DNA from: Styela clava
Taxonomy: Eukaryota
Length of the DNA stretch: 64,000 nucleotides
Direction: 5' to 3'
NCBI RefSeq assembly: GCF_964204865.1
Contig: NC_135255.1
Coordinates: 22,196,001 to 22,260,000 of the forward strand
Shown here: piece by piece, positions 1 through 15,000 of the stretch
How the letters are laid out: each line of letters begins with the position of its first letter
Numbering within the stretch: the stretch's first letter is position 1
Translations under genes and position numbers: made by a program
The notes under the pieces: model-generated
Databases searched by the model: none
What the model was told of the DNA's origin: nothing
The model's input: the letters and a program-made list of their open reading frames with translations, nothing else

Positions 1-94
1 TCAAGAAATTACAATGAAATTAAATGAATGCCAGGAAAGACTGGATGCACCTGAAATGCAGATGTCTCTTCAGGAACAGTTTGATCAAAATCAG
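1..94 (+). CDS. SYNE1: nesprin exon w1 (5' truncated by window)
   Basis: QEITMKLNECQERLDAPEMQMSLQEQFDQNQ, donor CAG|GTGATG, phase 0. Confidence 0.85.
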
Positions 95-3000
95 GTGATG
101 ATTTAGTTAAAGTAATGCCAGAGAATAGTCTTAGTTTTAACACAGATAATTTGGGGAAGGTAAATCTAGATAATAAATAGATAGTATATAATTTTAATTT
201 GAAAAAGTAAGCAAAATTAAACTGACCTAAAAGTGCCCAGTACTGATTGTGAATATGATATCAGCCATCTTTTAACCTTTGGGCATTTGGGACCTGTTGA
301 TAATACTATAGAGAAATCAAAATTTGTTAAGAGGCCTTAAATTACGAAGGTATAGTCTTTCATAAACTACTGATGTGTTATAACAGTGAAGCAAGCAAAA
401 ACATATGGTTCAAATAAATTTTGAGTATGAATTGATAAAATGCTCGGCAGTGTGGTGCTAAGTGTGCTAAGCATTAGGAATACTCTCACAACCGCACCTC
501 TGATTACCCTGGGTTGGTTGGTTCACAGGTTTGAATGCTGTTAGGAATAATTATGTGCGAGAGGATTGTGCTGAAATCCTTTTGAAACAAATAACTGACT
601 AACCAACCCCTATACCCGACATGGACTGGTAAGAGGCCGTGGTTCTCCATATGGTTGAGCCGTATTTTCCCTTTCCCCTCCCCCAGGATGGATATGTAAA
701 TCTTATCTTATCCAATGCATGTAACTCCCTTTTGCAATATATTTTTATGGGATACGGTGTGCCCTGAATCTGTACAATGCTTTAAACCAGTGGTTCTCAT
801 CCTTTTTGTCTTTGCATACCCTTCTTTCTGGTGCTCTCAGAGCGGTCGCGAACCCCTCAAAAGTTTTTTTAATTGAAATTTAGTTTATAGCTTAAACAGC
901 AACCTAATGTACCATACAGATTTAACCAAGTCATAGTGGACATTTTCATTCATTTTGTCAAATCGAATACACTTAATGGGATTTCTGCTCTTGCATATCA
1001 GAAGCAAGTCTTGAAATACGTGGTTGTGTTTTTGATAACAATAGATGCATATCGTTTAGTTGGTTACGAGCCTTGGATTTGATATAAACGAGAGCAGAAA
1101 ATCCATTTTCACAAAGGTAAGTGGAGGCGAATGGAACAATAACGTGAAAAGCTTCCATCGATACTTTAGGGTACGACGGCAAAATGGCGCACCAAAACTG
1201 AGAAAGTGATCACTGTAGCTGCATTCTCGTATTTATCATTGTGATGTCATAACTCGTATTTGTCACAATAGGTCTACGGGAGATGAATCAAAATAGTTTT
1301 TGTAATTTATTGTCACATTATCATAGGCAGCAAATTTTCCAGCGTATTACAAAAAAATGATTAAACTGCAAATAATTTCCTAAAATCCTAATTTAATCGC
1401 GAACCCCCTGGAAATGCTTTGCGGACCACGGACCCCCAGTTGAGAACCACTGCTTTAAACAGACAATATGTTTATATGTATTGATTGGATACCAAGGTTA
1501 AATGACTGGCATGGAGCCAGGCAGGCATCAAGCTATAACCTATGATAGCAGTATAGTTAGTTGGCATACTAATCATCTGGCCACATTATGTTTAGATGCT
1601 GAAAGGAATAGAGAAGTAAATTAATGATATATATTGCATGTTTTAACCTTAGATATATTGCATGTTCCTAGGCTCTGCTGGATGAAATTAACCTGCTTCA
1701 GAGCAAACTGGAATCAGTCGAGAGATGGACTAGTTCTCTAGCTCATGACTATGGAGGAAAAGAAACTCTGAATGCAACAGTCTCTGTATTGTATGATAGA
1801 TGGGACACAATGAGAATGCAGGCAACATCTAAACAGAATGTCATAGAAGTATGTAGTTGTGCTTGTTAACTACTCTTGTTTAGTACTATTAACCAATGAA
1901 AACATGGATTTGAGGAAATGCAAAAAAATGTTAGCAGTCACACAGAATTTACTGTGAACAAGGCTATGCAAGCAAACACTGCTATGCAAATGCCTATTAT
2001 TCCAGAAGGACCAGTATCCTTCTCCTTGGCATTGTTCACTCAATTTATCACAACTTGGTCGAGGTGTGGGTGAGTTTGGAAAATCATCTCATTTCCTACA
2101 TATTAATAGATTAATTGGATATTCCTCATCTAATTATGGTGCAAACCTATAGATCAACGATCAGCAAGCTGCGACTCCGCATTAAGTCAAGTCAATTCTG
2201 ACAAAATTTTTTATTTTCATTTTACAAGTTGTTTTCATTTTGTCATAGACTGAATTATTGCATCATAATTAATTTTACAAAAGTTTTTATAGCCACTGAG
2301 AATTAGTGCACTTTAGCATTGGTGCTATATATCAGGGTGGTCCAAATCCAGACCCCGGGCCACATGTGGCCCGCCGCTTCATTAACTGTGGCCCGCGTCG
2401 CATTTGCGGGAGAGTAAAAAAAATATGAATATGAGAAGGAAAATACCACAATGGTTGCTTGATATATCTTCAAGTTGTGTCGGTGACAATCTAAAACGGC
2501 ATTTTCTCCTTATGACACTTTCTCCTTTATGAAGAGTTTGAAATCTTACACTATGCACGTTTTAGTGAGTTTGTTTTGGTGGTTTTTGGCAAGTTTCAGC
2601 TTGATAAATGACAAATAATGATTAATGTATCTGGACAATAAAGTGTTTGTTTTGTACTGCACTGTTTACGAATTCTTGGCACTATTGTGGCCCGCGAAAA
2701 ATACACAATTAAGAGTGTTGGACCTTGGACCACCCTGCTATAGATGATAGGCGACCTGCAATATTTAGCTAATAGTCTATTGTACCACCAACCTATTGAT
2801 AATTTTATTTTCTCAGATCAAAATGTTGGAAGAAGAGCAATATTGTAGAATGGTTGAGGCCTACAAAGCTGAACTGGAGCAAGTTACTGAGTGGATGGAA
2901 GATGCAAAGAAAATTCAACAGAGAATGACTTCTGGTGGGTTTGAATTATTTTATGTGAAGTATTTTGCACTTCTGTATATCACACACAGTAATGCCTAAG

Positions 3001-6000
3001 CTTTACTCAGCTATGGTAATCTACTATGAAAAGAATGGTTCGATCATTTACATTTATTTCATTTTCATGAATATCTTGTCTGGTACTACATGCTTTAGTG
3101 CAATATTTGTTCAGTGAACACATACGGTAGATAAAAGCATGTCTAGTTGAATATTGTAGACACAATGGCCTGGTTAACATGCTGGGCATAAAAATGCTAG
3201 ACTTTCTGGTTAGTTATTTCTGATATGAGTACTGTGCCCCTCTTCCTCATCCACTCTTCAGTAGATTGAGTTGTACATATTTGCAGCTGCATTTTCAAAG
3301 CCTAGTAGAGAGTAAGAAATTATAAAAAGCCCCACCAAAATTTGCAAAACAAGGTCGTCATGAGCTATTGTATTTTTTCATTACAACAACTGAACCAACC
3401 AAAACATTTGAATTTGACAGAATCAGCAAGCCAGCACCCACCAACAATAGGATCTCTAACAGATGATCTCTCAGCTTTGCAGAAGCATATAAAGGATTGT
3501 GAATCAACGGTGGCTGATGTGGAAAGAAAATTGAGATTGATTTCTGAATTGACAGGTCAGTAGTATAAAGATACCATAGTTTTAAGTGTTTTTCATGTCA
3601 ATGTGCAGATAAAAATTATTAATTATTTCTTCCAAGCAATTATGCAATAAGTGTAATTCTGTAATCAGTTTATTTAATTTTTACAATCATTTTATAACCC
3701 TGGAGGTTACTACATTTGCTTGAAAAAGTTGTCTCTGTTAGGAGATACTTCAGTGAAATTTGATAAGCACAACTAAGGAGCTTGATAATTGGCATAGTGA
3801 GCTATACATTAGAAATCCTCTTGCCATCACTCTACTACTGTTTACCGTGCAGGGGTTTGCAGGTCCTATTTTCCAAACATTTTATAAAGTCGACTCAAAA
3901 TTTGTTATTCATTTTTGCTTACCGAGTGTGACCCTAAGAGATTTTATTTTATTTTAAAATGAGGTGCATCATTTTGTGGACATTGATGATCTTTGTTTCG
4001 TTAATTTTATGTTTTTTCAATTATTCTCATTGAACAATACTGATTTGAAATAATGCTACAGGAGAAAGTTTGCCAGAACCGAGTGCACTGCGTCCTGTTC
4101 CACCATTATCTAGTCGTTCACATCAATCATCAGTTTATAGTATTGTAGTGTCGCCACCATCACCTTCATCATCGAGCACATCTAGTTCTGGTATAATTTG
4201 TTACACTGTGTGGCGTAATGCAGGGATGTTCATTGACTCCTAGAATCTTCATTTGGAAACTCACTGAAAAACTTTTAAAACAAATTAAATGAACATTCCC
4301 AGTATAATGCTCAACATAGATTTGTGACTATTTCTGTGGATGGCAAACTAACATCAATAAAATGAGATGCTTTTCTGTTATTAACAAAAATTAATATTAC
4401 TTTTTGGCAATATTTATGAAAAGTATTGTCAACTTTGTCTTTTACTATTCTAACGATTTTTAGATGTATTCAAAACTAGGAATTTAAAAAAGATCCTAAT
4501 TCAATGATAAATATGCATTTATTGCAGAACTACACATGTTCATTCTATAGTTGGCTTTGAATCATTATGTCATTTAGATTAAGTGCTTAGTTGAGGTTTG
4601 AAAATTATGTGGTTATTCTCTTACTTTTAGCTAAAATTTTGCTATTTATCAACATTTTCAAGTCTTTCAAAAATTTGAATGCTGAACTTTATCCCTTCTT
4701 TGAAAATAATGCTCGGAAGTTGTTTGAATGCCTCTCTGTAACTCTATTTCATCCTTGCGAAGTTTTATAGCATGTTTCTTGCTATCAAAATATGATATCT
4801 CTTGAATTTAAGCTTCTTTTTCCAGGAGCATGCGAAATTAATTAAATCTTGAGTAAACAAAGACAAATATAAAAGTAAAGTAAAAATATACCATGATGAA
4901 TTTAAATGGATGTAATTAAATTACGTATATTTCGATACTAAATATTAATGGTTAGGTGGTGCTGCTCTCAACTGTTCTGAGCGGAAAAAATTCAAATTAT
5001 TTCCACTTTAGTTTTGTTGGCATGTTTTTTCTTTTTCTAATTTTCATCAAGTTTGCTATGAGTCTAATATCAATGCTCTCTTGGTGTCTTTGTTTTTGTT
5101 TTACAACTAATAATTCAACATAGTTACTCCCATTTGTAAAATGGTATGTATATATGAAGCAGAACATTTGTTTCATAGAAACTTTATTTTTCTGACTATC
5201 GAGGGAATTTAAGGACTGAATTTGCTATGATGATCTACAAATTCTGCTAGAAATTATCAGTTACAAAAGCCCATTTTCATATATGAACTAGACAAGATTT
5301 TGAAGATTGGTTAGATGTGCTGTAATAGAAATCTCTACACTAATTATAAGTTTTGTATTTCGTAGTCATGTTTTTTCTACAAATAGGACTTCATTCGAAT
5401 CTTGTTAACAGTGGTGAGCTCTAACTAAAAAATAAACTTGATAAAAATCACAATTCTTTTAAACAATGTGGCCATTTGCCTAGCAGTGGATAATTGCACA
5501 GGGAGTGAAAGGGGGGTCTATAAAATTTCAAGTAAATTAACAATATATTTTAATTTATAGACAAAACCTTGTCACTGTCCAGAGGAGACAAAGAAGGTGC
5601 CGAGTTATTGGAACAACTTGATAGTGTAAAGGATGGATTGGAGGATTTGCAGAAATCTGCTGTTGATAAAGGAAAGCAATACCAGGTATATATTGTAAAT
5701 TATGCTTAAGGGTTGTAGTTTAATGTTAAGAATTTTTATTTATTGGGCAACATTTCTTGGCCGTGTCAAGTCTCTATAATCAAGCAGGTTGGCATTATAT
5801 GTAATAATCTTCAGTTCAAGCATTGAAGCAGTAAAAACTTATCAGTAAAATTGGAAAAATGTTGTTTGATTGATGTTCAATTTGGACAACACCTTTTTGA
5901 ATGTACATGTGTTTTATATATAGTTGTTAATGGTTATTTTGATATTTCATGCAATTCTTTTCTGGACATTCCAATCAGGTAAATATAACAGCATGCAATT

Positions 6001-9000
6001 TGGGTGATGTACTACCAGAAAAATACTGGAATGCGACTGCTAACAAATTACTAATTTACTAAAAATTAAAAAAAAGAGAAATTGAGAGCTTAAAAAAAAT
6101 CCATTGATAGTTATATAACCAGCTACCCACCTGATTTACATGTAATCTTATATGTTTTGACAAAATAGTGTTTCTAATGAGAACAATTTAAAAATATTCA
6201 TGAACTTGAACTATTCAGGATGAACTTGAGGCAAAGCAAGATGAAGCTATTGCGCAATATCAGACCGAAGTATCAAAGATGCAAGATTGGCTATCTGAAG
6301 TCAAGGTACCATCATTTTTTTTTTCTGAGGAGGCTTGTAGGCTATTTCCTTTGCGGGGCCCATCTTCATCAATGGTGTAACTAAATCATGGAGTCAGTCA
6401 TGACAACATAATAGGCTTTTAAAATTGAGTTCCGAGGCTATATATTAGGAGACTGAGCACTTTTTTGTACACAATGTGTCACATTCGCACTTAAATGTTA
6501 TGACTTCAAATTCAAGTCAAATTTTTCAAGGTCTGTGGTGTTAGTTGAATTTTATGAAACAGTATTTTATCGTTTTTTTTCTATCCGAAGAAATCAGTAG
6601 TGTAGAAATTAGTAAATTTGGAAATGTCTGATTGCTATCAAGAACTGTACATGATAAAAACATATATATTTCTTAATTACTACTTAATTGATTCCTATTT
6701 TCTAGAGTTCTGAGTCCGAACAAACACTTGACAAAGATTACAAGAAATTCCAGTCTGATCTTCAGCAGCATCAAACATTGCTTGAAGAAGTCGTTAAGCT
6801 TGGAAGAACCATGGCTGCTCAGAGGCTCTCACCATTGCGACGTAAGATAGTTTTCCATTTTCTATATCTAGACTCAAATTTTTTTTACTATTAGCCCCAT
6901 GTTATACTTATTATACTCTGTGCTGGTTAATTATGTGCTGGAAATATGCTGTTGTTCAACTGTTGCTTGGTTGATCACGACGCATTGGTCAAGTATAGCT
7001 TTGACGCATTCAAGCAGTCTTTAATAATATATTGAAAATGGTTGGTCATCTGGAACATTTATTTATTCATAGGTAATTATTTCCATCTTTGTACTGCTCT
7101 TGATTTTTGCTTCATTAGCATATCTTATGGCTTTACCACTCTTTTGGGATAAATATCAATATCCTATCTCGGAAGACTATAAACTACTGCTCTAATCCTG
7201 CAAGTTTCAGTGTCAGACCTACTGGCACCCAGAATGAATGTCCTATATAAGCTTACCTGATTTTGGATAGCGAAGAACTTCATTATTAGATCACCAAATG
7301 GTACTAAGATAACCAAGTTGTCGTTTTTTATCATTGATTAATTTTTTTGTATCATGTTTTGCCAGAATCGACTGATAGTAAAACACCAGTTGAAAGAAAG
7401 AAAAGCTGGGACAAGATGGTGAAGGAATTGCAAGACAAAAATCTGGCAACTGAAGAATTGTTTCTAAACCTACCCAAGACATCAACACCTGTTAAAAAAT
7501 CAACTCTTGGTTCTGATTCACCGCCGGGTGGGAGAGCCACAGTAGAAGATATTAAAGTATGTACAAATAGTTTCATTCAAGAAAGGCCAAATATAAAAAT
7601 TGAAAAAAACTTACAATATGAAACAATGCGGTAAAAATTACTAAAACTTGACAACAAACCTGCAGATGTTGTCTTACTATGAAAATATATTGTTACAAAA
7701 CAAATTCAACGCATTAACAGATGAGTGAGAAATTTTCAGATAATAGATCCCTGGGCTCTGCCTATTTGTGGGATATGCAAGTGAATATATTTATACATTT
7801 AGTTCCTTGGGCTAGCATCAGCTTGGTGGTCCAATACCTACACCTGAATAAATCTTGCAGGCTTTGCCCTCTGTAAAAATTTAGATGAAATTTAGATAAT
7901 ATTACTTTTTTATATATTACGAACTGTTGGCCTAAACTTTTGCCTCAAATAAAAGTAAATGAAAATAGCTTCAAATTTCATTTCAGCAAAGACTTCAAGA
8001 TCTGCAAGATTGTTGGAATGAAATGAAAGAGCAATCTCTTGATAGTCAGGAAGCTTTGGAAAGATTGCAGCAACAAACTCAAAATGCGTTGGAGGTAACT
8101 GTGTATGTTGTAACTTCCATGTTATGATTGCAGTATTTCATGTAGAATTCATATGTATATGTTCATGTAGAATTCATATTTATATATTTTTATTTGTCTT
8201 TATTCAATAATTCATTTTTGTGTTTTCAAAATGGACCCTTTGGCCTGGAGTAAACAAATTGTAAAAATATTGTTTACAAATTATGAAACAATCTTCTACA
8301 AAAGACAATGAAACCTTTGTATTTTATCCACTTTATCACAAACTATTTAGGCTGTTTCTGAATGGATGGACGATGTTGAATCTCATCTGTCTCGACGTGG
8401 TAGCTTGGAAGCAGAACGAAAACTACAAAATATTTTGAAGTCAGAGATGGGAAGTATTCAGAGTCAAATGGGAAAACTGAGGAATGTCAATGATAATGTA
8501 TGTGGAAGTCACCTTAAAATGTATCAATAGATGCCCATGTATATAGCGTAACACAGGGGTGGGCAACAGGACCGGCCCGCTGACTGTACATCAGTACATT
8601 ATGATATTACATTATTACACTTTTAGTACATTATGATAAATTCATTATGTGTTTTTTGGTCTCTATTTTTTTGTAGTTTAACTTTACTTTAAACATGATT
8701 TATAATTTTCTTTTTTGCGTTAGCGAATAAATATGTGATTAAGATATTGAATACTATTCATTTTATAATCCGGCCCGCCAATGACTTCATTTTCCCACAT
8801 CTGGCCCGCCGACTAGAAAAATTGCCCACTCCTGGCGTAACAGCTAATGCACAAGTGACACAGTGATTAATGGGACTCATATAGCCTTCTGCATGTGTCC
8901 AAAAGCTTGTTTAAATCAGGATCGAAGCTGCTTATGGTAATTTCCTGGCCGCTCATAGGTTTGAGTATGTTGGAGAAGATATTTCCAACAGGAATTAATC

Positions 9001-12000
9001 TTCATAAATACTATAGTCACTTTGGTGGGCCAAATCCGGCTGCGTGCTATAGTTTGCCTACCCCTGCTCTAATCACTAGGATTCCATGTCCACTTATGTT
9101 TTTGAAATTAAGATATTTTGACAATACTCCTTAAAATATGTCATTCTAATGAATAGAAAAAATTATGCTTAATCCATGTATTTAAACAGAGTAATTTTAG
9201 TAATTTTAGTTTGTTAAAGCGTTCATAACCATGTTGCAACCACAAGTTGAATTTGCTAAATGCCTAAAAATCATTTTATTCAGATGTCATCGGCAATGGC
9301 AGAACCAGACTTCGCGGAATCACTCAAATCAGCTTTACAGTCACTGAGTGAAAGATTAAGTGCCCTTGAGCGTGAAGCAAAAGAAAGAGAACTCGCTCTT
9401 GCAGAGAAAGATATGGATCAGAAGGAATTCCAGGTTTGTGATTTTTGCCCTGTTAGTAGACAAAGGAGGTAAATATTATATTGTGCTCGTTGAACTAGTA
9501 GAACAATGTACAACATAGACCTGACATGGGCAAACTATGGACACAAATTTTGAGGTTTTAGTCGGGGAATTTGTTGATATTGCGATTGAATTTATTGTTG
9601 GCACAAGGCTTATTGTTTTCCACTTTTGCTTTTGTAAGACTGTAAATAGACTGTTCATAAAATGTAACTTTTTATGTCACACTCACATGGCCCGCCCTTC
9701 TAGGTGGGCAAAATTTTTGGTCCCTGATCCAAAAACCTTGTCCACCCCTGACATAGACAATGCTTGAAAGCATCAAATATTATGTTTACAAAACATCAGC
9801 TACTAGTATTGGACGATTATCCGTTTAGTTGCACGGCGTATTACTGTAGCGTTACAAACCTTCCTCAACATGAAGGCTACAGATGCAAATCTGGTTCTAC
9901 TAATATATTTAAAGATATTTCTTGGCTACTCTACAATGTAGCGTTAGTTATTATTATTTCATGTAACTACTGGTAGTTTACGGTTCCAAATATCTTCTCA
10001 ATAATAAGAAATTCTGCAACTTTGAAATGATTAATTATTTTAATTTCCAACTCCCGACATGGATCGATACCGGTAACCAGACGAGAGGCCCGGGTTCGCC
10101 ATATGATTAAGTCATCTTAGTGGCTTTCCTTTCCCTTGGGATAAATATGTTAATCCTCCTATTTTATGAGGAAGTTTCCAGCTTGAATTAGCTTAATGAT
10201 AATTACTTGTCAATCACCCCGAACATGTCACATTTATCAGTTCATGTCTTACTAATTTCAGTTGCAATATACGTCTAAATAAATTCCTGTCTAGAGGCTT
10301 GTTTGGAGTTGAAACTATGTATCAATCCATTATTTTTATTATCAGGCTGATCTCGCTTTCACATCCAATGAAATATCAGACCTCCTGGACGAGGTCCAAT
10401 CGTTTTCTATTGGTGAATTTGGGGAATTACCTGAATTGGATGAAAGAATGAAGGAAATGAAAGAATCTGCCAGTGAGTGTGAGGAAAAACTGAAAGCACT
10501 GGAAAGAAAAGCAGAAAAGGTACATTTTACCTTGTAAAATGTTTAACGAACACCATGACTAGTAATACAAATACTCATAAGCTTGAGACAGAGCTATAAA
10601 CATCATCTATATGTCAGGAAAACACTATAATTGGCTACATAAATCATTATTTTTGGTAATGAAACAATAACTTTAATCATTGGACTTATTTTTCTAACAT
10701 ATATCATTTGCAATTTCAACCTTGAGACAGAGCTATAAACGTCATCTAATTTGCCCACGAAGTTTATGCGAGCAGTGATTTCTCAGCATTATTATATGCT
10801 ATTTGCATATGTCCTGCGGTAATACAGTAACGAATCTGTTTGAAAAAGCTTTTATCAATTTTTGACTTCAATTAATTTTTAGCTTGAGTTCAAATCCTGG
10901 GGACCTGCTGACACCGAGATGCATCAAGTTTCGAAAACATTTGAAAAACTGAAAAATGATTTGAGTGAGAAATCAAAAACTCTGGATGGGGTTAACCAAG
11001 AAGAAGTACAATTTGCTCAGGTATGACTTGATACTTTGCTAAAATGTTGGAATTATCATTATTTATTATAAACTGGTCAATATTTATTAAGAATTGGTAC
11101 GTTGAAAGCACTTGTTTGATCATCCTATGCAGGACTGGTTCAACTCTCATTAAAGATATGAGTTTGTTCCCCTGCCATTGGCCCATGGCTGCGATCTTGA
11201 CGATTTATTCACATAAATACCAAAAACTATGATTTCTTCTATGAAAAACCTTATATTTGGAATTTTGACTGAGTTAGCCGTAAGTTCAGACTCGAAAATC
11301 TATACAATACAAGTAGTAGTGGTAAAGTGAAAACCGTGTTCGTAATGTAGTAATTAGTAATTTATTTCTTCACCATGCTGATAATACGCACTATATAAAT
11401 ACACAAATCAAAAGAAATATAAAAAAACACATTCCAGGGTGAAAGGAAATGACGCAGACCAATACTGGTTATTGGGCAGTGGCACTGTTTATTGAGCGAC
11501 GGTACCCCGTTTACCACTGCAAATCAAATCAAAATCACTGCTTATCAAAGATAAGCTAAACTTCCAAACACTAAACAATTCACATGATAATTGATGATTT
11601 TTCGACTAAACATATTACTCTTGTATTTCAGATGCTTCTTGATTATTCTGATGCTCTAAATACTGGACAAGAAAAGCTGGAAATGTCAAGAATAGCTATC
11701 AAAGATTTGAATGAGTTGAAATCATATGTGGAAAAATTTAAGGTGAGTTTTTAAATTATATTGCTTTGTTTAATTCTACGTAAATAGTATAGGTCGGATT
11801 TTTGTATCATCTGGTTGAATGGTTCTCAACCTTTTTTTTGAAATATTCTATTCTGATCATAAGAAGGTTTTCATTCCCCACATACAAAAGCCTGCTATGA
11901 AATTTGGTAAAACTTTGTTCAATTGGGTGTAAATATCAAGGCCCTGTCAGTTTGGAGCACTTGTTTTAAAGTAACAACTCTTGAAAAAGCTTGTGGTTAT

Positions 12001-15000
12001 AGGAAAAACATGGACTGCTGCGATGTACTGCTTTGATTAACTGCACATCAAGTTGCGCATCCATAGCTATATGTAACAACACATTTTCAAAAAGTTTCTT
12101 TAAAACCAAGTACTTGCTGGCATCTTGTTGTTATTATTATTTACTTTGTATTATAATATTCATCTATTGTGTTCACTGCGTGCCATTTTTATAAGTTTGT
12201 TTATTCTCCACCAGCTACCCCTCAATTCATCCCACAAGTGAGGAAATACCCACCTGTTTGGAACCTCTGATCTGAAGAGACAGTATTAATCATATTACAA
12301 ACCATTTTCTCATGAAACGGCTTAAATTCTAGCCCAAGTCTGGTCTGGAATAGCAAACCAGTTTAATCATTTCGTGAATGAATGGTTATGGAAGACAGTG
12401 AGTTAGTGAACACCTTCTGTTCTTGAAAATTCCGCTAACAAACCAATGATGTGTAAACTGCCAAGCCAAAGCATAGATTCACAAGGCTCTTATCAGTAAA
12501 AATGTCTATTACATTGCTTTATAGGAATACTTTGACGGCCTTCAGAAGCAGAGATCCATGTGTGTTGAGTTAGCCAGTAAACTCAGCTCCATTGTACTGA
12601 AACTTCATGAACTGACATTCACAGAATTGAAGGCCAAGCATTCAACTTTGGAAAACAGAGCTGTGTCTAAAGAGCAACAACTTGGAAAAGTTGCAAAGGT
12701 AATGAATATATCTTAAAAATGGTTCCTGTCACAATATATATTTGTCCAGCGGTAACTATTACTGCTCTGTGACGAAATTTGAATATTACAGCTGTAGTAT
12801 CACATATATTTCTTTAATGGTTAACTTATTATTAGAGAAGGTTTTTTTAAACTGCAAAATGGTTATGGGAAGTGCTAAACTATTTAATAGAAAAATAAAA
12901 AAAGATTACAGAAATAAACCTAAAATTAAGTTCAAAGCCTAAATTTGTGTTTGCACATTTTAAGCTAATTTGTTTTTTCAACTATTTACCACAATTAAAC
13001 AACTAAATTTTTTATTGCTAGGACTGGAAAAGAGTCTCTTCCATGCTGCAACAGCATCAAAGTACGGTTACAGAACTGGAATGTAAATTTTTGGCAATTG
13101 AACCGAATGAGGAAAGTATCCCTAAATTGAAAGAAGATGTTGAATGTCTGCGCAATATCCAGAAGAAAATGGCTGGACTTGAGACAGGTTTGCTGATTGA
13201 TAATATTTCTTAGTAATTTGGCAAGCCATGGGAATTTTAAGGGTTTGAATATTTCCTTCATGATTACTGGACTTCTCGCACCGCTAAGTGATTTTTGCAA
13301 TCTTCTTACCAAAGGTAGAAAAATACCAGGCGAGCCATAAAAAAGAACTCGTAAATTTCTCATTTCTAGTAAATAGGAAAAAAAGTTTATTGATCACTTG
13401 GAACTTTCGTTTATGTATGATTGTACCCAAAAGTTTCATTAATCTATGACCCTTTGCACAATGTTATGTTCTCTCTAGAATAGAATATGTTTCAAATGAC
13501 GTGGGCACTATTTTTTAGTCACCATGTAATTGGCTGAAGCCATGGTGCCAGATTATATAGCAGTCCCATTTTCCTTTCTTCTTAGAAAATGAGAGAATTT
13601 CTTCAGTATTTGCTTTCCAGGATTCTTCTAAACATATTTCTTCATTTTAGAAATACACCAAGCTGTAGATGAAGCTGACAATATTTTCCTTATTATTAAA
13701 TGTGATGATTTGAAGTCGAACATTAACGAGGCTTCTGAGAGGCTACTCCTTCTGGGGTCGAAGGTTGATCAAGAACTTGAAAGATTAACAGCAATACTAG
13801 AAATGTTGCCAAAGTAAATATTTTGCCTTACTTTTTCTCATATTGAATTATATGTATCATGAATTGTAAACTTTGGTATTCGTGAATGATATTGGTGAAT
13901 AAATTTATAGAAATACAGTTTTAATGAATGCTATCGACAATGATAATAGCAGATTACATAAAGAAAATTACATATCCTTAGGAAGGGAAAGTTATAGTCT
14001 AATCTTCCATCATACATATTATTAAGTGGTAATCATGTGTCATTGCTAGATAAGCTCATTGTCCGTTCTCATCAATTTTAAGGCTTTGAATATTTTTGAG
14101 TATTGTAAGTGAATCATTGCTAAGTTTAAAATTAAATGAATGCTTATTAGTTTTCTTGATAATCAACTGCCCAATGGCCTATGCATAGCTAACTTTAGGC
14201 TTATTGCACTATCTTTCAGTCTTAATTAAGTTTTCTTCCTCTGGGTTTATAATAATCATATTCCTCATTCTGCAGATCCAACACTATATCAACAAACATC
14301 AATGCATGGTTGACAGAGAACTCAGATAAACCTGCAAAGATTGTCCAGGACATTGAAGCATCTGATTTGAGTGAAACAGCTGCGAAAACAAAGTAAGATA
14401 TGTTTTTTGTCAATTTTAATTTTCCTCCAAGTTGGCCCATGAATATGTATATTAAACTAATCTTATCTCCTGTAGTTTTCCAAATATAAATTTGGATAAA
14501 ATCCACCATTTTCCAGGTCGAAAGCTAGAACTCTGTTTGGTATATGATTATAAGTATAAGTATAAGTTTATTTCGACTCCATAATCAGCAAAACAATAAA
14601 ATGAATGGTAAAAATAAATAAATAAAAACTGATTATGAAATCAGGAGAGCGAACAAAACCTTAGATAAGGTTTAAAACGTACAGAATGTATATAAGATGG
14701 AAGGTTTTGCCAAGAAGATGTGGTACGTGTTCACTCACCTAAAATAATTGAAATATTTCACACACGCTCACACGCACCCACACACACAACCATATAGAAG
14801 TTATTAAGTAAAGGGAACATGAAAAATTACATACTGGTAGTTAATGAAAAATAAATAAATAAAAATTACTTGCCACACCATATTAATAAATTTATCATGA
14901 TTGCCACTGCCAAATTGATTAATTTTATAAATGGGAGTGAACAGTAAAGATAAACTTTTATAAAAAAATATATTGTCATAGTCTATTCTATTTGTATATA

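Noticed and set aside
12995-13363. 122-aa minus-strand ORF
   Set aside because: Overlaps nesprin exon w17 in antisense and has no recognisable motif.
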